Part shown: piece by piece, positions 50,292 to 61,147 of the stretch | Layout of the letters: each line of letters begins with the position of its first letter | How positions within the stretch are numbered: the first letter of the stretch is position 1 | From: a virus | Taxonomy: Duplodnaviria > Caudoviricetes | Virus record (IMG/VR): IMGVR_UViG_3300032038_000065 | Span: 6,450 to 70,449 of that record | DNA: 64,000 nucleotides | Reading direction: 5' to 3' (one strand) | Translations under genes and position numbers: made by a program | The notes under the pieces: generated by a model | Seen by the model: the letters and a program-made list of their open reading frames with translations, nothing else | Database searches by the model: none | Told to the model about the DNA's origin: nothing

Positions 50292-50549
50292 ATGAGACTT
50301 TATTTTGTAAGAAGCAATAGAGAAAGGGTGCCATTAGGACAAGTTTATAATAATCATGAAACAGGGATTATTATTAAACAGTTCATGGATGAACACAATT
50401 TTAAATCATACTATACAAGAATGTGGTATGAAGAAAAGGACAAAGAGCTGTGGTTTGATGTAGGGTCTCATACTGAATTTTTTGTAGTTACTCAAGTTGA
50501 ACCAAACTCTGAATATTATAAAAGTTTTTTAAAGGAGCGTAATTTCTAA
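50292..50549 (+). CDS. Hypothetical protein
   Basis: GGAG RBS, 85 aa. Confidence 0.7.
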   Translation: MRLYFVRSNRERVPLGQVYNNHETGIIIKQFMDEHNFKSYYTRMWYEEKDKELWFDVGSHTEFFVVTQVEPNSEYYKSFLKERNF

Positions 50550-51052
50550 TGGGTAAAATTTATATTATGATGGGCCTTCCCGCCGCGGGCAAATCAACAT
50601 TTTTGAAAAAATACGCAGAACCGCTTGACAATGCGGAAATTGTATCAAGAGACAAAATTAGATTTTCTCTTTTGAAAGAAGGAGAAGAATATTTCTCTCA
50701 TGAAGAAGAAGTAAAAAAGATCCTTTGGGAAACAATCAATAATGCGTTAGACAAAGGAAAAGATGTATATATTGATCAGACATCTTTAAATAAGGCTTCA
50801 AGAAAACTTCTGATTGACCATATTAACAAAGATGTAGAAATTAATATTATTTTTGTTATTACTCCCCTTCTTCATTGTTTGGTCAATAATGAATCAAGAG
50901 CAGGAACTAAAGCATATGTTCCTAAAGGCGTTATTAAAAGAATGAATAGTCAAATGGAATCTCCTGAATATAGCGAAGGGTTTAAACATATTTATATTTA
51001 TGATATTTTTACAGATAAAGTAATTCTTGTCTCTAATTGGGATAAAGATTAA
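50549..51052 (+). CDS. P-loop polynucleotide kinase (AAA_33-like)
   Basis: GLPAAGKST Walker A, VSRDKIR, DQTSLNKASR. Confidence 0.82.
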   Translation: MGKIYIMMGLPAAGKSTFLKKYAEPLDNAEIVSRDKIRFSLLKEGEEYFSHEEEVKKILWETINNALDKGKDVYIDQTSLNKASRKLLIDHINKDVEINIIFVITPLLHCLVNNESRAGTKAYVPKGVIKRMNSQMESPEYSEGFKHIYIYDIFTDKVILVSNWDKD

Positions 51053-51067
51053 AATGAAGGAGAATAT

Positions 51068-51604
51068 ATGGACTCTAACATCTGGTTTATCTCCGACACT
51101 CACCTAGGGCATGATCGGGATTTCATCTGGGAAGCTCGCGGGTTTCAGTCTGTTCAAGAAATGAATGAAAATATTATTGAAAAATGGAACTCTTGTATCA
51201 AACCTAAAGATACTGTATATCATCTTGGAGACTTCATTCTTGGAGATCTTGATGCGGGACTCAAAATGATTAAATCTTTAAATGGAAAAATCAAGTTAGC
51301 AATAGGTAATCATGATACTGATAATCGCCTTGCCGCATTTAAAGGTATTCTTGATGAAATCCAATTTGGATATAGAATGAAATGTAAGGGCGGTGCCCTC
51401 TATCTCTCACATTATCCAACCCTCACTGGGAATCTTGATGGATTTAATACTTATTCTATTCATGGACATACGCACTGTCCTAATCCATTTTGTGAGTTCC
51501 CGCTTATGTATAATGTAAATTGTGATGCTCATTATTGTAATCCTATTGCTCTTGAAGATGTTTTATATGATATTTCAAATCATTTGAAGGACAATGATGA
51601 TTAA
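51068..51604 (+). CDS. Calcineurin-like metallophosphoesterase
   Basis: ISDTHLGH, HLGDF, GNHD, SHYP, HGHTH. Confidence 0.88.
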   Translation: MDSNIWFISDTHLGHDRDFIWEARGFQSVQEMNENIIEKWNSCIKPKDTVYHLGDFILGDLDAGLKMIKSLNGKIKLAIGNHDTDNRLAAFKGILDEIQFGYRMKCKGGALYLSHYPTLTGNLDGFNTYSIHGHTHCPNPFCEFPLMYNVNCDAHYCNPIALEDVLYDISNHLKDNDD

Positions 51605-51671
51605 TTAAACTTTATTAATTTTAATAGATATTAGAGGAATCTAATATCTATTTTTTATGGAGGTGTAAAAA

Positions 51672-52118
51672 TTGCCACCAAAAAATATTGAAGAAAAAAT
51701 ATAGGAAATTAATCTATCTACAAAAGAATGGGATAAATAGGAAGAATATCTTTTGAAAAAGAAAGCATTAAAAGATAGAAAAAAACAATTATCTTCTTTT
51801 AAACTAACTACGTCTAAATTACTAACTTTTCTTTTGTTTCTAAACTGTACTGCTATTGAAATATTTACCGGTTGGGTTATTATTAACAACATTAAAATTG
51901 CAACTATATTAATGACACCACCAGACTTATCTCCACTAATAGCATTAATAGGTGCGGTTGTCGGAGAAACAATAGGGTTTGCTATCTATTGTATCAAAGC
52001 CGCAAAAGAAAACTGTAAAGGTGGTATTATATATTAGCAAGCAATGTTAGATAATACTCGAATTTATACTTAGACATTAAATGAAAGTGAGGATCATTAT
52101 GATAGAAATTTTAAATAA
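51672..52118 (+). CDS. Two-TM membrane protein, holin-like (148 aa, 4 TAG)
   Basis: TTG start after GGAGGTG; two hydrophobic helices; KENCKGGIIY*QAM; ends TAA. Confidence 0.65.
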
Positions 52119-52446
52119 TTGGCCTATTATTCTGGCGGGGATCGCGGGAATTATTGTAATTATTTATGCTATTTATACTTTTATTAAAAGACCTACATCC
52201 GCACAACTACAAAAGGTAAAAGAATGGTTATTATATGCGGTGACTGAAGCAGAAAAAGAACTTGGAGGTGGTACTGGTCAAATTAAATTGCGCTATGTAT
52301 ATGACCGTTTCTTAGCTAGGTTCCCGCATTTAACTACAATTATTCCTTTTGAATTATTTAGTAAATTGGTTGACTAGGCTTTAGACAAATTTAAAAGTAT
52401 TTTAGAAAATAACAATAAAGTTCAAGAATACGTTTATCATAAATAA
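52099..52446 (+). CDS. Holin-like protein (115 aa, 1 TAG)
   Basis: N-terminal TM; KVKEWLLYAVTEAEKELGGGTGQIKLRYVYD; LVD*AL; ends TAA. Confidence 0.72.
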
Positions 52447-52488
52447 AATATATGGGGGGAGGAAATCCTCCCTTATTTTTTTGTCTAT

Positions 52489-52518
52489 TTGACTTTTGAA
52501 AAAATTTTTGTGTATAAT
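52489..52518 (+). promoter_or_regulatory. sigmaA-type promoter after the terminator at 52454-52482
   Basis: TTGACT-18 nt-TATAAT. Confidence 0.75.
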
Positions 52519-52555
52519 AACAATAGAATGAAATGTTAAGGAGGGATTGAGTTCT

Positions 52556-53059
52556 ATGTTGCATTTCTACATTGATGGCTCTGCATTAAACAATGGAAAA
52601 GCTAATTCATCTGGCGGATATGGCATTGCTATATTTGATGATAATAATAATTTAATTGATGCTTACCAAAGCCGCGAATAGAATACAACCAATAATAGAA
52701 TGTAGTTAATGGCTTGTTTAAAATCATTTTAGTTATTAAATAATAAATATAAAGGATAGAAAGCAAAAATTTATTCAGATTCCGCATATACAATTAATAT
52801 TCTTACCTCTTGGATTTATAAATGGAGTATGAATGGATGGATTAATAGTAAGAAACAAATTGTTAAAAACTTTGATCTTATTCAATCTCTCTATGAATAT
52901 TATAACATTAATTTTTTTATTTGTCAAATTGAGTTTGTAAAGGTCGATGGTCATTGCGGTATCATAGGTAACGAAGTTGCGGATGCCCTTGCCTCTTTTA
53001 ATAAAGGGAAATTAACAGCATTAATCTTACAGAACAAGATAAACCTAGCTATTGAGTAA
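52556..53059 (+). CDS. rnhA: Ribonuclease HI (167 aa, 4 TAG, one at catalytic Glu)
   Basis: YIDGSA, TTNNRM*L, IYSDSAY, WINS...KNFDL, VKVDGHCG..GNEVADALA. TAG at 52679, 52703, 52730 and 52757. Confidence 0.88.
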
Positions 53060-53064
53060 AAAAT

Positions 53065-53093
53065 TTGCAAAAACAAAAAAAATATGTTATAAT
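53065..53093 (+). promoter_or_regulatory. sigmaA-type promoter
   Basis: TTGCAA-17 nt-TATAAT. Confidence 0.75.
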
Positions 53094-53125
53094 TTGTATA
53101 GAAATGGAAAATTAAGGAGATTTGA

Positions 53126-56100
53126 ATGGCTGAATATAATGCGTCAACTGTAAAAACATTAGCGCCTCTTGAACATATGCGGCAATACCCTGGCATGTAT
53201 ATAGGTTCAAAAGACGCTGATGGATTACAGCATTTAGTTAAAGAAATTGTTTCTAATAGTATTGATGAATACTTAAATGGTGCGGGAAGCCAGATTCTTG
53301 TCCAATTAAATCAAGATGGTTCTATTTATATTGAAGATAATGGACGCGGGATTCCGCATGGTAAACATGAATCTGGTTGTTCTGTTTTACAGGCTTGTTT
53401 TGGTATCGCAAATACCGGAGGCAAGTTTGACAATGCAACAGGTGAAACTGGTTATAATACATCTGGCGGTGAACATGGAACCGGAGCTAAAGCAGTAAAT
53501 GCTTTATCTACTAAATTAATTGTAACGACTTCAAATGAAGGAATAACTGAAATAGTAGAATTTAGCAAAGGTAATTTTGTTAATTATGAACAAAAGAAAT
53601 GTGATAAAAATAAAACAGGATTAACAGTTCAATTTTATCCAGATCCAGAAGTATTAGAAGTTGTTACTTTTGACGGACAAAGAATTAAAACAATGCTACA
53701 AGAATTTAGTTATCTTTGTACCGGTCTTAATTTTGTATTTAAAGATAATATTAAAAATGAAGAAGAAACATATTATTCTAATAGAGGATTATATGATTTT
53801 CTTGATTATCTTTCAAAAGATAAATTAATTACTGAACCTTTTTATTTTACAAAACAAGAAGGAAAGTTTCAACTTGAAGCTATTATAGGATATAGTTCGT
53901 CTTATGGTAGTGCAATAAAAATTTATACTAATAATATTCCGCAAGAAAAAGGAACTCATTTAACTGGTTTTAAAACTGCATGGACTTCTGGATTAAATCA
54001 GTTTGCAAGAGGTGCGGGTATCTTTAAAGAAAAAGATAGCAACCTAACTGGTAGTGACCTTGATGAAGGACAGATTCTAATCTTAAACTTTAAAATGATT
54101 GATCCTGTATTTAAAGGACAGAACAAAGAGGAATTATCTTCATCAGAAGGAAGAACATATGTTCAGCGATTTACAACAGAAGCTATTAAAGAAAATGAAA
54201 ATAGTTATAGTAAGAATTTTAAAATAATTATTGAAAAGGCGGTTGCCGCTCGAAAAGCAAGAGAAGCAGCAAAGAAAGCGCGGGATGCTGCAAGAAACGC
54301 AGCTCCAAAAAGTAAAAAACAACAATTCTTAAATCTTCCTACAAAACTTGTAGATTGTTGGGGGAAAAATCGTCTTGAATGTGAATTACTAATATCAGAA
54401 GGTGACTCTGCCGCAAGTGGATTAATTGAAAGCCGTAATGCAGAAAAAAATGCAGTCTTTCCTATTAGAGGAAAAATAATTGCAGCTTATAAAAATTCTA
54501 TTGACAAGATTTTTGCTAATCAAGAAGTTCTTAATCTAATTAAGGCAATAGGACTGGAATTAGATTCGCAAAGAAATAAACTTATTTATGATATTAAAAA
54601 ATTAAGATATGGGAAAATTTTACTTTGTGCAGATGCCGATCCGGATGGCGCTAGTATTAGAAATCTTCTAATCGAAATGTTTTGGTGGCTATGTCCTGAA
54701 TTAATTTTAAACGGGCATCTTTACACTACAACACCTCCACTTTTTCGTATTACAACAAAGAAAAATGAATACATTTATCTTAAAGATGAAAAAGAATTAG
54801 AGGAATATAAGAAAAATCATAAATCAGAAAGTTTTTTAATTAACCGGAATAAAGGGTAAGAGATAGTCTGGCCCTTAGTCGCTTTTCCGCTTATCGGCGG
54901 GGTTAAAATTTAATTTTAGCTAACGAGGGAGTCTAAACTGAAAAAATTAGGGTAACACTGGTTAACCGAATTGGTATATTTTTAATATAAGATAACCAAT
55001 TATATATTTTAACAGCACGATAATCTCGTGGGAAAGGAAATTTTAACAAATGAGCATGGGAATTTATAAATATACAAATAAAATTAATAATAAGATCTAT
55101 ATTGGGTTAAGCCGTAATATTGAACAAAGATATTTTCAACATTTATCGGCTGCGAACTCATAGGAACAATTAAAAGGAATTGATTCTGCTATTCGAAAAT
55201 ATGGAATAGAAAATTTTACTTTTGAAATTATTGAACTGTGTACAGAGCAATAGCTCGATGAAAAAGAAATATTTTGGATTGCTTATTATGACTCTTATAA
55301 TCAAGGATATAATTTGACAAAAGGTGGAAGAAGTCTTCATGGAGAGAATCATCCAAGAAGCATCTTAACTTAGAAATAGGTATGGAGTATTAGGTAGCAG
55401 TATGCTCAAGGGATTCAAAGAAATAAAGTTTTTGCTCCATTTATATAGAAGGGCATAACTGCAAGATGCTTAAAAAAAGTTTGGGATAATGAAACTTGGA
55501 TTGGTGTTCATAGTGATGTTTACACCTAGGAAAATAAAAATAAGCATAAAAATAATAGCGGTCATTCGGAAGATCAATATGGCAAATCTAGTTTAGATAG
55601 AGCAATCAAACAAGCTGATATTGATTTGTGGGTAGCAGAATTCAATTCTGGACTTACAATTAATGCTATTGCTAATAAATACCATAGAGATTATGGAACT
55701 ATACAAAGATATATTAATAATCCAAAAGAAATTACTCAAGTTCAATATAGAGGCAGAGCAGTCAAAAATATAAATACTGGTCTTATTTTTAATTCTATTA
55801 GTAAAGCAGCAAAGTGGGCAGGATGTGGGAGTACAACATTGACACGTCACTTGGCAACGGATAAAATTGCAGGGAAGGTTCCTGACACTCAATAGGATGC
55901 TCATTGGATAGAATTATTCTAACCTGTATCGACTATCCTCTTTGTAGAGGAGTACAATTACTATTGATACGTAATTGGAAAAGGCGACCTATTAAAAATA
56001 TTTAATAGAAGAAATAGTCAGTACCTTTAGAAATAAAGGAGAATATGTAGGCGAACAAGATAGCGAAGAGCTTGCTCAAGCGCTTATCAATGAAGACACA

Positions 56101-56235
56101 AGAAACATTGCACAAATTGTCGTATCTAATAAAAAAGAAACGGAAGAACTTATTGAAATTCTTCTTGGTCCATCAGTGCCTCCAAGAAGAGAATTCTTAT
56201 TAAATCATGAAAATGAAGCAAATGTTTTTGATTAA
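53126..56235 (+). CDS. gyrB: Type IIA topoisomerase B subunit, spliced: exon 1 53126-54857, exon 2 56048-56235 (639 aa)
   Basis: EIVSNSIDE, DNGRGIP, GGEHGTG, SEGDSA, FPIRGK, ADADPDG. Splicing restores RNKG-LGEQ...RREFL. No TAG in the exons. Confidence 0.9.
54858..56047 (+). mobile_element. Group I intron (1190 nt) in gyrB
   Basis: P1 AAGGGU/GCCCUU with U.G at the splice site; P10 GUCUG/UAGGC; P7 GACUAU/AUAGUC; terminal G at 56047. Confidence 0.88.
55050..55922 (+). CDS. Intron-encoded GIY-YIG homing endonuclease (290 aa, 8 TAG)
   Basis: MGIYKYTN...IYIGLS; GYNLTKGG; C-terminal NUMOD1-like AVKNINTGLIFNSISKAAKW; ends TAA. Confidence 0.85.
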
Positions 56236-56246
56236 AGGAGAAAGAA

Positions 56247-58592
56247 ATGAATAATAAAACTATAGAATTAACGCAAGAATTGTCTCAAAATTTTCTTGAT
56301 TTTTCTCATGAAGTTAATTATCAAAGAGCATTTGCTGATGCAAGGGATGGACTTAAACCTGGACAGCGCGCCTGTTTATGGGAAATGTATCAAAAAGGCT
56401 ATAAAAGTAATAAACCTCATGTTAAATCCGCGAAAATAAGCGGCGGAGTAATCAGTAATTGGTGGCCACATTCGGATGCTGCGATTTATGAAACATTCGC
56501 CAGAATGTCTCAATCTTGGATCAATAACATACCTGAGGTTGATTGGCATGGAGCAAATGGTTCTGTCCAAATCAGTGGGGAGCCTGCAGCCAGTCGCTAT
56601 ACTGAAGCAAGATTATCTAAACTTGTTGAAGAAGGAATGTTATTAAATATTAATAAAAATAATGTTCCTATGAAGCCCAATTTTTCTGATGATGAGAAAT
56701 GGCCAGTTGTTTTCCCTGCAATTTTTCCTCGACTATTAGTAAACGGATGTCAAGGAATCGGAAGTACCATCGCCAATGTTTGGCTTCCTAATTGCTTCTC
56801 GGAAGTAGCTCAAGTTATTGAAGAATATTTGACCACAGGTAATATTAATTATAATTTACTTGCTCCCTCTTTTCCAAGTGGCGGAATAATTATTAATAAA
56901 AATGATATTAAGACAATTTATACAACAGGAAAAGGAAAAGTGATTCTTCGTGGAAAAGCAGAAATTAAAAACAATATTATTATTATTACAGAAATTCCAT
57001 ATCAAGTATATGTAGAACCTTTAATTGATGAAATTAAAAAATATGCGATAGAAGAAAATAGTAATATTGAAAGCGTATTAAATAAAAGTAGCAAAAAAAT
57101 TTGCATCGAAGTAGAATGCTCTGGGAATCCAGAATACGTATTACAACAATTATACAAAAAGACTAACTTACAAAAAATTTATAATGCTAATCAATTTGCG
57201 CTTACAGAAGATGGAACCCCTAAGTTATTAAATATTGAAGAATATTTAAAAATTTATGTAAAGCATAATATCACTTGCATTTTAAAAGAAACTAAATTTG
57301 ATTTAGACAAAGCCGAAAATAGGCTTGAAATTGTAAATGGCTTACTTCGCGCTCTTGAAGACATTGATAATATTATCGCATTAATTAAAAAGTCTGAAAG
57401 CGCGGCGGCCGCCAAAGAAAACCTAATTGAAAAATATCAGTTTACAGAAAATCAAGCAAAGGCTATTCTTGCGATGAAGCTTTCTTCTCTTGCAAGACTA
57501 GAAAAGGTAGAACTTGAACAAGAAGCAGAAGAACTTAAAAACAAAATTAATGATCTTCAAAATATCCTTGCGAATAAAACCCGCCAAAAAGATATTCTTA
57601 AAAATAGACTTGCAGATCTTGTAAAAAAGTACGGAGATTCACGCAGAACCGAGCTTTTAAATATTGAAATTCCAAAAGAAGAAAAAGAAGTTGAAGAAAT
57701 AATCCCAGAAGATGTTGTAGTTATTTTAACTCAAACAGGGGACATTAAACGTATTCCTAAAAATGCTTTTAAAGTTCAAAGAAAAAATGGTAAGGGCGTC
57801 AAGAGCAAAGATGAAGCTATAATGTCAACAATAGCAACAAATACTGTTGATAATTTACTTTTGTTTACTAAAAAGGGAAAAATGTTTAAGATCCTTGTTA
57901 ATGATCTTCCTGTGGGAACTAATGCTTCAAAAGGAACAAATGTCAGATCATTAATTAACTTAGAAGATGATGAAGTCATTGCAATCACGTCACTTGTAAA
58001 GAGTACTACTGCAAAATATGTTGTATTCTTTACAAAACAGGGTTTAATGAAAAAGACTTTGCTTGATGAATACACCTCAGTAAAAAAGAGTTGCGGCATT
58101 GCAGCAATTAAATTAAAAGAAGGAGATTCTATTGCAAATGTAGAGTTCCTTAATGAAGAAGATGTTTTAGTAATCACTAAGAATGGTATGGCAATTCATT
58201 TTGAAAGCAAGAGTGTTAATCCAATAGGAAGAGTAACTGCTGGGGTTAAAGCAATTAAACTTGATGAAGATGATGAAGTAATTGTAGGATTACCAATTCA
58301 TTCAAATGAAGATGTTATTGGTATTTTCTCAAGTAAGGGATATGGGAAGAAAACTTCAATTAAAGAATTTACAACACAAGTGCGGGGCGGAAAGGGTTTA
58401 ATTATTTATAAGCCGACTGCTATATATGGTCATGTTGCGGGAGCCACAGCAATTCAGGATTCTAACGCGGTACTCCTAGCTGGTCAACCGTCTTCTATCT
58501 GCGTTTCCGCAACAGATATTCCTTTAGCAACAAGAACAAGTTATGGTAATATCATGATTAAATCTAATATTGTTTCTGTTGTGAAAATTTAA
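56247..58592 (+). CDS. gyrA: Type IIA topoisomerase A subunit (gyrase-like)
   Basis: DGLKPGQR, AASRYTEAR (active Tyr), GyrA-box-like QRKNGKG, beta-pinwheel repeats; 781 aa, no TAG. Confidence 0.9.
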   Translation: MNNKTIELTQELSQNFLDFSHEVNYQRAFADARDGLKPGQRACLWEMYQKGYKSNKPHVKSAKISGGVISNWWPHSDAAIYETFARMSQSWINNIPEVDWHGANGSVQISGEPAASRYTEARLSKLVEEGMLLNINKNNVPMKPNFSDDEKWPVVFPAIFPRLLVNGCQGIGSTIANVWLPNCFSEVAQVIEEYLTTGNINYNLLAPSFPSGGIIINKNDIKTIYTTGKGKVILRGKAEIKNNIIIITEIPYQVYVEPLIDEIKKYAIEENSNIESVLNKSSKKICIEVECSGNPEYVLQQLYKKTNLQKIYNANQFALTEDGTPKLLNIEEYLKIYVKHNITCILKETKFDLDKAENRLEIVNGLLRALEDIDNIIALIKKSESAAAAKENLIEKYQFTENQAKAILAMKLSSLARLEKVELEQEAEELKNKINDLQNILANKTRQKDILKNRLADLVKKYGDSRRTELLNIEIPKEEKEVEEIIPEDVVVILTQTGDIKRIPKNAFKVQRKNGKGVKSKDEAIMSTIATNTVDNLLLFTKKGKMFKILVNDLPVGTNASKGTNVRSLINLEDDEVIAITSLVKSTTAKYVVFFTKQGLMKKTLLDEYTSVKKSCGIAAIKLKEGDSIANVEFLNEEDVLVITKNGMAIHFESKSVNPIGRVTAGVKAIKLDEDDEVIVGLPIHSNEDVIGIFSSKGYGKKTSIKEFTTQVRGGKGLIIYKPTAIYGHVAGATAIQDSNAVLLAGQPSSICVSATDIPLATRTSYGNIMIKSNIVSVVKI

Positions 58593-58615
58593 ATATGGGG
58601 CTTACCGCCCCATAT

Positions 58616-58644
58616 TTGCTTTTTATAAAAAATTATATTATAAT
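58616..58644 (+). promoter_or_regulatory. sigmaA-type promoter overlapping the terminator at 58591-58625
   Basis: TTGCTT-17 nt-TATAAT; hairpin AAATATGGGG/CCCCATATTT. Confidence 0.72.
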
Positions 58645-58675
58645 ATAATATAAAATCAAAAAGGAAGAAAAAATA

Positions 58676-60637
58676 ATGACAATTGCAGAAGCTAGTTATA
58701 AAATAACAGAACTAATTAAAAAATTAAATACTTACACAGAAGCATATGATAATGGACATCCTCTTGTTTCTGATAAAGAATATGATGATTTATATTTTGA
58801 ATTAGAATCTTTAGAGAATAAATATAATCTTGTTTATCCTAATTCACCTACTCAAAATATCCATTGGAATATTCTTTCTAAGTTAGAAAAGGTAGAGCAT
58901 AACCATCCTATGCTGTCTCTTGATAAAACAAAAGATATTGTTGAATTAGCAAAGTTTTTTGGCGGAAAAGAATTTGTTTGTATGTTTAAAATGGATGGTT
59001 TAACTCTTTCTCTGCTATACGAAGATGGAGAATTAGTTAGAGCAGAAACCCGCGGCAATGGGACAATAGGAGAAGATGTAACACATAATGCGAAGGTAGT
59101 TAAAAATATTCCTCAAAAAATTCCTTGCAAAGAAAGACTAGTTATTGATGGGGAAATCATTTGCCGCAAAGATGATTTCCAAAAGTTTAAAGATGATTAT
59201 AAAAACCCTCGTAACTTCGCGGCGGGGAGTATTAGACTTCTTAACGCGCATGAATGTGAGGAACGTAATCTAACTTTTGTTGCGTGGGATTTAGTTGAAG
59301 GACTGCAAGAAGATGTTGTTAGATTTCAGCAAAAATTATTTAAATTGGCAAATTTAGGCTTTACTGTTGTCCCATATACCATTTCTGATAATGTTGAAGA
59401 AGCATTAGATGCAATGGATTTTGAATTAGATTATCATGATATTTATCCTACTGATGGATATGTATTTAAATTTTCTGACCTTGAATATGGAGAAGCTCAA
59501 GGTCGTACGGAACATCATAGAAAAAATGCAATCGCGCTGAAGCTATATGATGAAACGTACGAAACAGAGCTTATAAACATTGAGTGGACCATGGGAAGAA
59601 CATCTCTTCTTACTCCTATTGCTATTTGTAAACCAGTTGAAATTGATGGTGCAGTTATAGAAAGATGTTCTCTTCATAATGTTAGTGTTATGACGGAATT
59701 GCTTGGAGAATGTCCATATGTAGGGGAGCCGCTAGAGATCGCAAGAGTGAATCAAATTATTCCTCAAGTATATAAAGCCGGACCTAAATATGATTATTTA
59801 ACCGTTATTAAAAATAAATTATCTCCATTAAATAAAATTGAATATTGTCCAATTTGTAATTCAAAAGTAGAATACAAAACAAGTTTTGATGGAGTTACTA
59901 ATGCCTATTGCGGGAACCCCCTATGCGAAGGGGCTCTTATTAATCGACTGGATCATTTCTTTGGAAAGAAATCTCTTGATGTAAAAGGGTTATCAAAAGC
60001 AACATTTGAAAAACTTATTGCATGGGGATGGATTGAAAAGATTGAAGATGTCTTTACTCTTGGAGAGAATCATTGCGGCGATTGGATAAATAAGCCTGGG
60101 TTTGGTCAAGCATCTGTAATGAAAATTCTTAATGCTATTGACAATGGGAAGAAAACAACTTTATCCGCCTTTATCTCAGCAATTGGAATTCCCCTTATAG
60201 GTCAAACTAATGCCAAAGAATTAGCAAAGAAATTTAAAACATATGATGAATTCCGCATAGCAGTTGATGACCCTGATTATTCTTTTACTTCAATTTATGG
60301 TTTTGGAATTGAAATGAATAATAGTCTTAAAAAATTTGATTATGCGGAAGCCGATAAATTAGTTACTTATCTTACTTTTGATATGCCCGCCGCAACAGAA
60401 AATGGGAACAGCCTTACAGGAATGAATATAGTTATCACAGGCAAATTATCTACAAATAGAGATAGCTTTAAAAAACTTATAGAAGAACATGGCGGGAAGG
60501 TGACTTCCGCAATTAGCTCAAAAACTTCGTTGCTTATTAATAATGATATCAATAGTACAAGTTCTAAAAACAAAACTGCGAAAGAGCTTGGGATTCCTAT
60601 TGTGTCTGAACAGCAGTTTATTAACGACTATCTTTGA
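58676..60637 (+). CDS. ligA: NAD-dependent DNA ligase
   Basis: SDKEYD, HPMLSL, KMDGL, RGNGTIGEDVT, NPRNFAAGS, Cys4 finger, C-terminal BRCT; no TAG. Confidence 0.92.
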   Translation: MTIAEASYKITELIKKLNTYTEAYDNGHPLVSDKEYDDLYFELESLENKYNLVYPNSPTQNIHWNILSKLEKVEHNHPMLSLDKTKDIVELAKFFGGKEFVCMFKMDGLTLSLLYEDGELVRAETRGNGTIGEDVTHNAKVVKNIPQKIPCKERLVIDGEIICRKDDFQKFKDDYKNPRNFAAGSIRLLNAHECEERNLTFVAWDLVEGLQEDVVRFQQKLFKLANLGFTVVPYTISDNVEEALDAMDFELDYHDIYPTDGYVFKFSDLEYGEAQGRTEHHRKNAIALKLYDETYETELINIEWTMGRTSLLTPIAICKPVEIDGAVIERCSLHNVSVMTELLGECPYVGEPLEIARVNQIIPQVYKAGPKYDYLTVIKNKLSPLNKIEYCPICNSKVEYKTSFDGVTNAYCGNPLCEGALINRLDHFFGKKSLDVKGLSKATFEKLIAWGWIEKIEDVFTLGENHCGDWINKPGFGQASVMKILNAIDNGKKTTLSAFISAIGIPLIGQTNAKELAKKFKTYDEFRIAVDDPDYSFTSIYGFGIEMNNSLKKFDYAEADKLVTYLTFDMPAATENGNSLTGMNIVITGKLSTNRDSFKKLIEEHGGKVTSAISSKTSLLINNDINSTSSKNKTAKELGIPIVSEQQFINDYL

Positions 60638-60727
60638 TAACTTTAAAAATTTTTAGTATAATAAAATGTAATAAAAAATTAAAAGTTAAAAATGCTTTTT
60701 GACTTTTTAAAAATTTTTTAGTATAAT
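60634..60727 (+). promoter_or_regulatory. Tandem sigmaA-type promoters (60634-60662 and 60699-60727)
   Basis: TTGATA-17-TATAAT and TTGACT-17-TATAAT. Confidence 0.75.
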
Positions 60728-60798
60728 AAAATAGATGATAAAGAAGAAATAAAAATTCATCGAAAAAATATTTTTTAAATTAAAAGGAGAAAAGAAAA

Positions 60799-61083
60799 AT
60801 GCTTAAGGAAAATAGTAGACTTGTTTATGATTTTGTGAAGAACCATGATGGTGAAGATTTTACGGCTCAGGACATTGCTGATGCTACCGGTCTCGGCGTG
60901 AAGACTGTAAATGGCATTGTTACCTCTGCTTTCCAGAGACACAAGGATAAGGATAAGAATGAGGTTCCGCTGATGATTCGTGTCCCTGCGGAAATTGAAG
61001 ATCCTGTTACCAAGCTTCATAAGGCTGTTAAGTTCATTCAGCTTACGCCCGAGGGACGCGCTTTCAATCCCGACGAAGACTAA
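60799..61083 (+). CDS. Small winged-HTH DNA-binding protein
   Basis: FTAQDIADATGLGVKTVNGIVT helix-turn-helix; AGGAG RBS. Confidence 0.7.
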   Translation: MLKENSRLVYDFVKNHDGEDFTAQDIADATGLGVKTVNGIVTSAFQRHKDKDKNEVPLMIRVPAEIEDPVTKLHKAVKFIQLTPEGRAFNPDED

Positions 61084-61147
61084 TATAAGAGCTGTATTTA
61101 AATAAGGGGTAGGTACTAATATATCTACCCTTTATTTTACGACTAAT

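Noticed and set aside
54858-54875. AAGAGATAGTC at the intron 5' end as the remnant of a second intron
   Set aside because: Explained as the P1 loop and P10 strand of the same intron.
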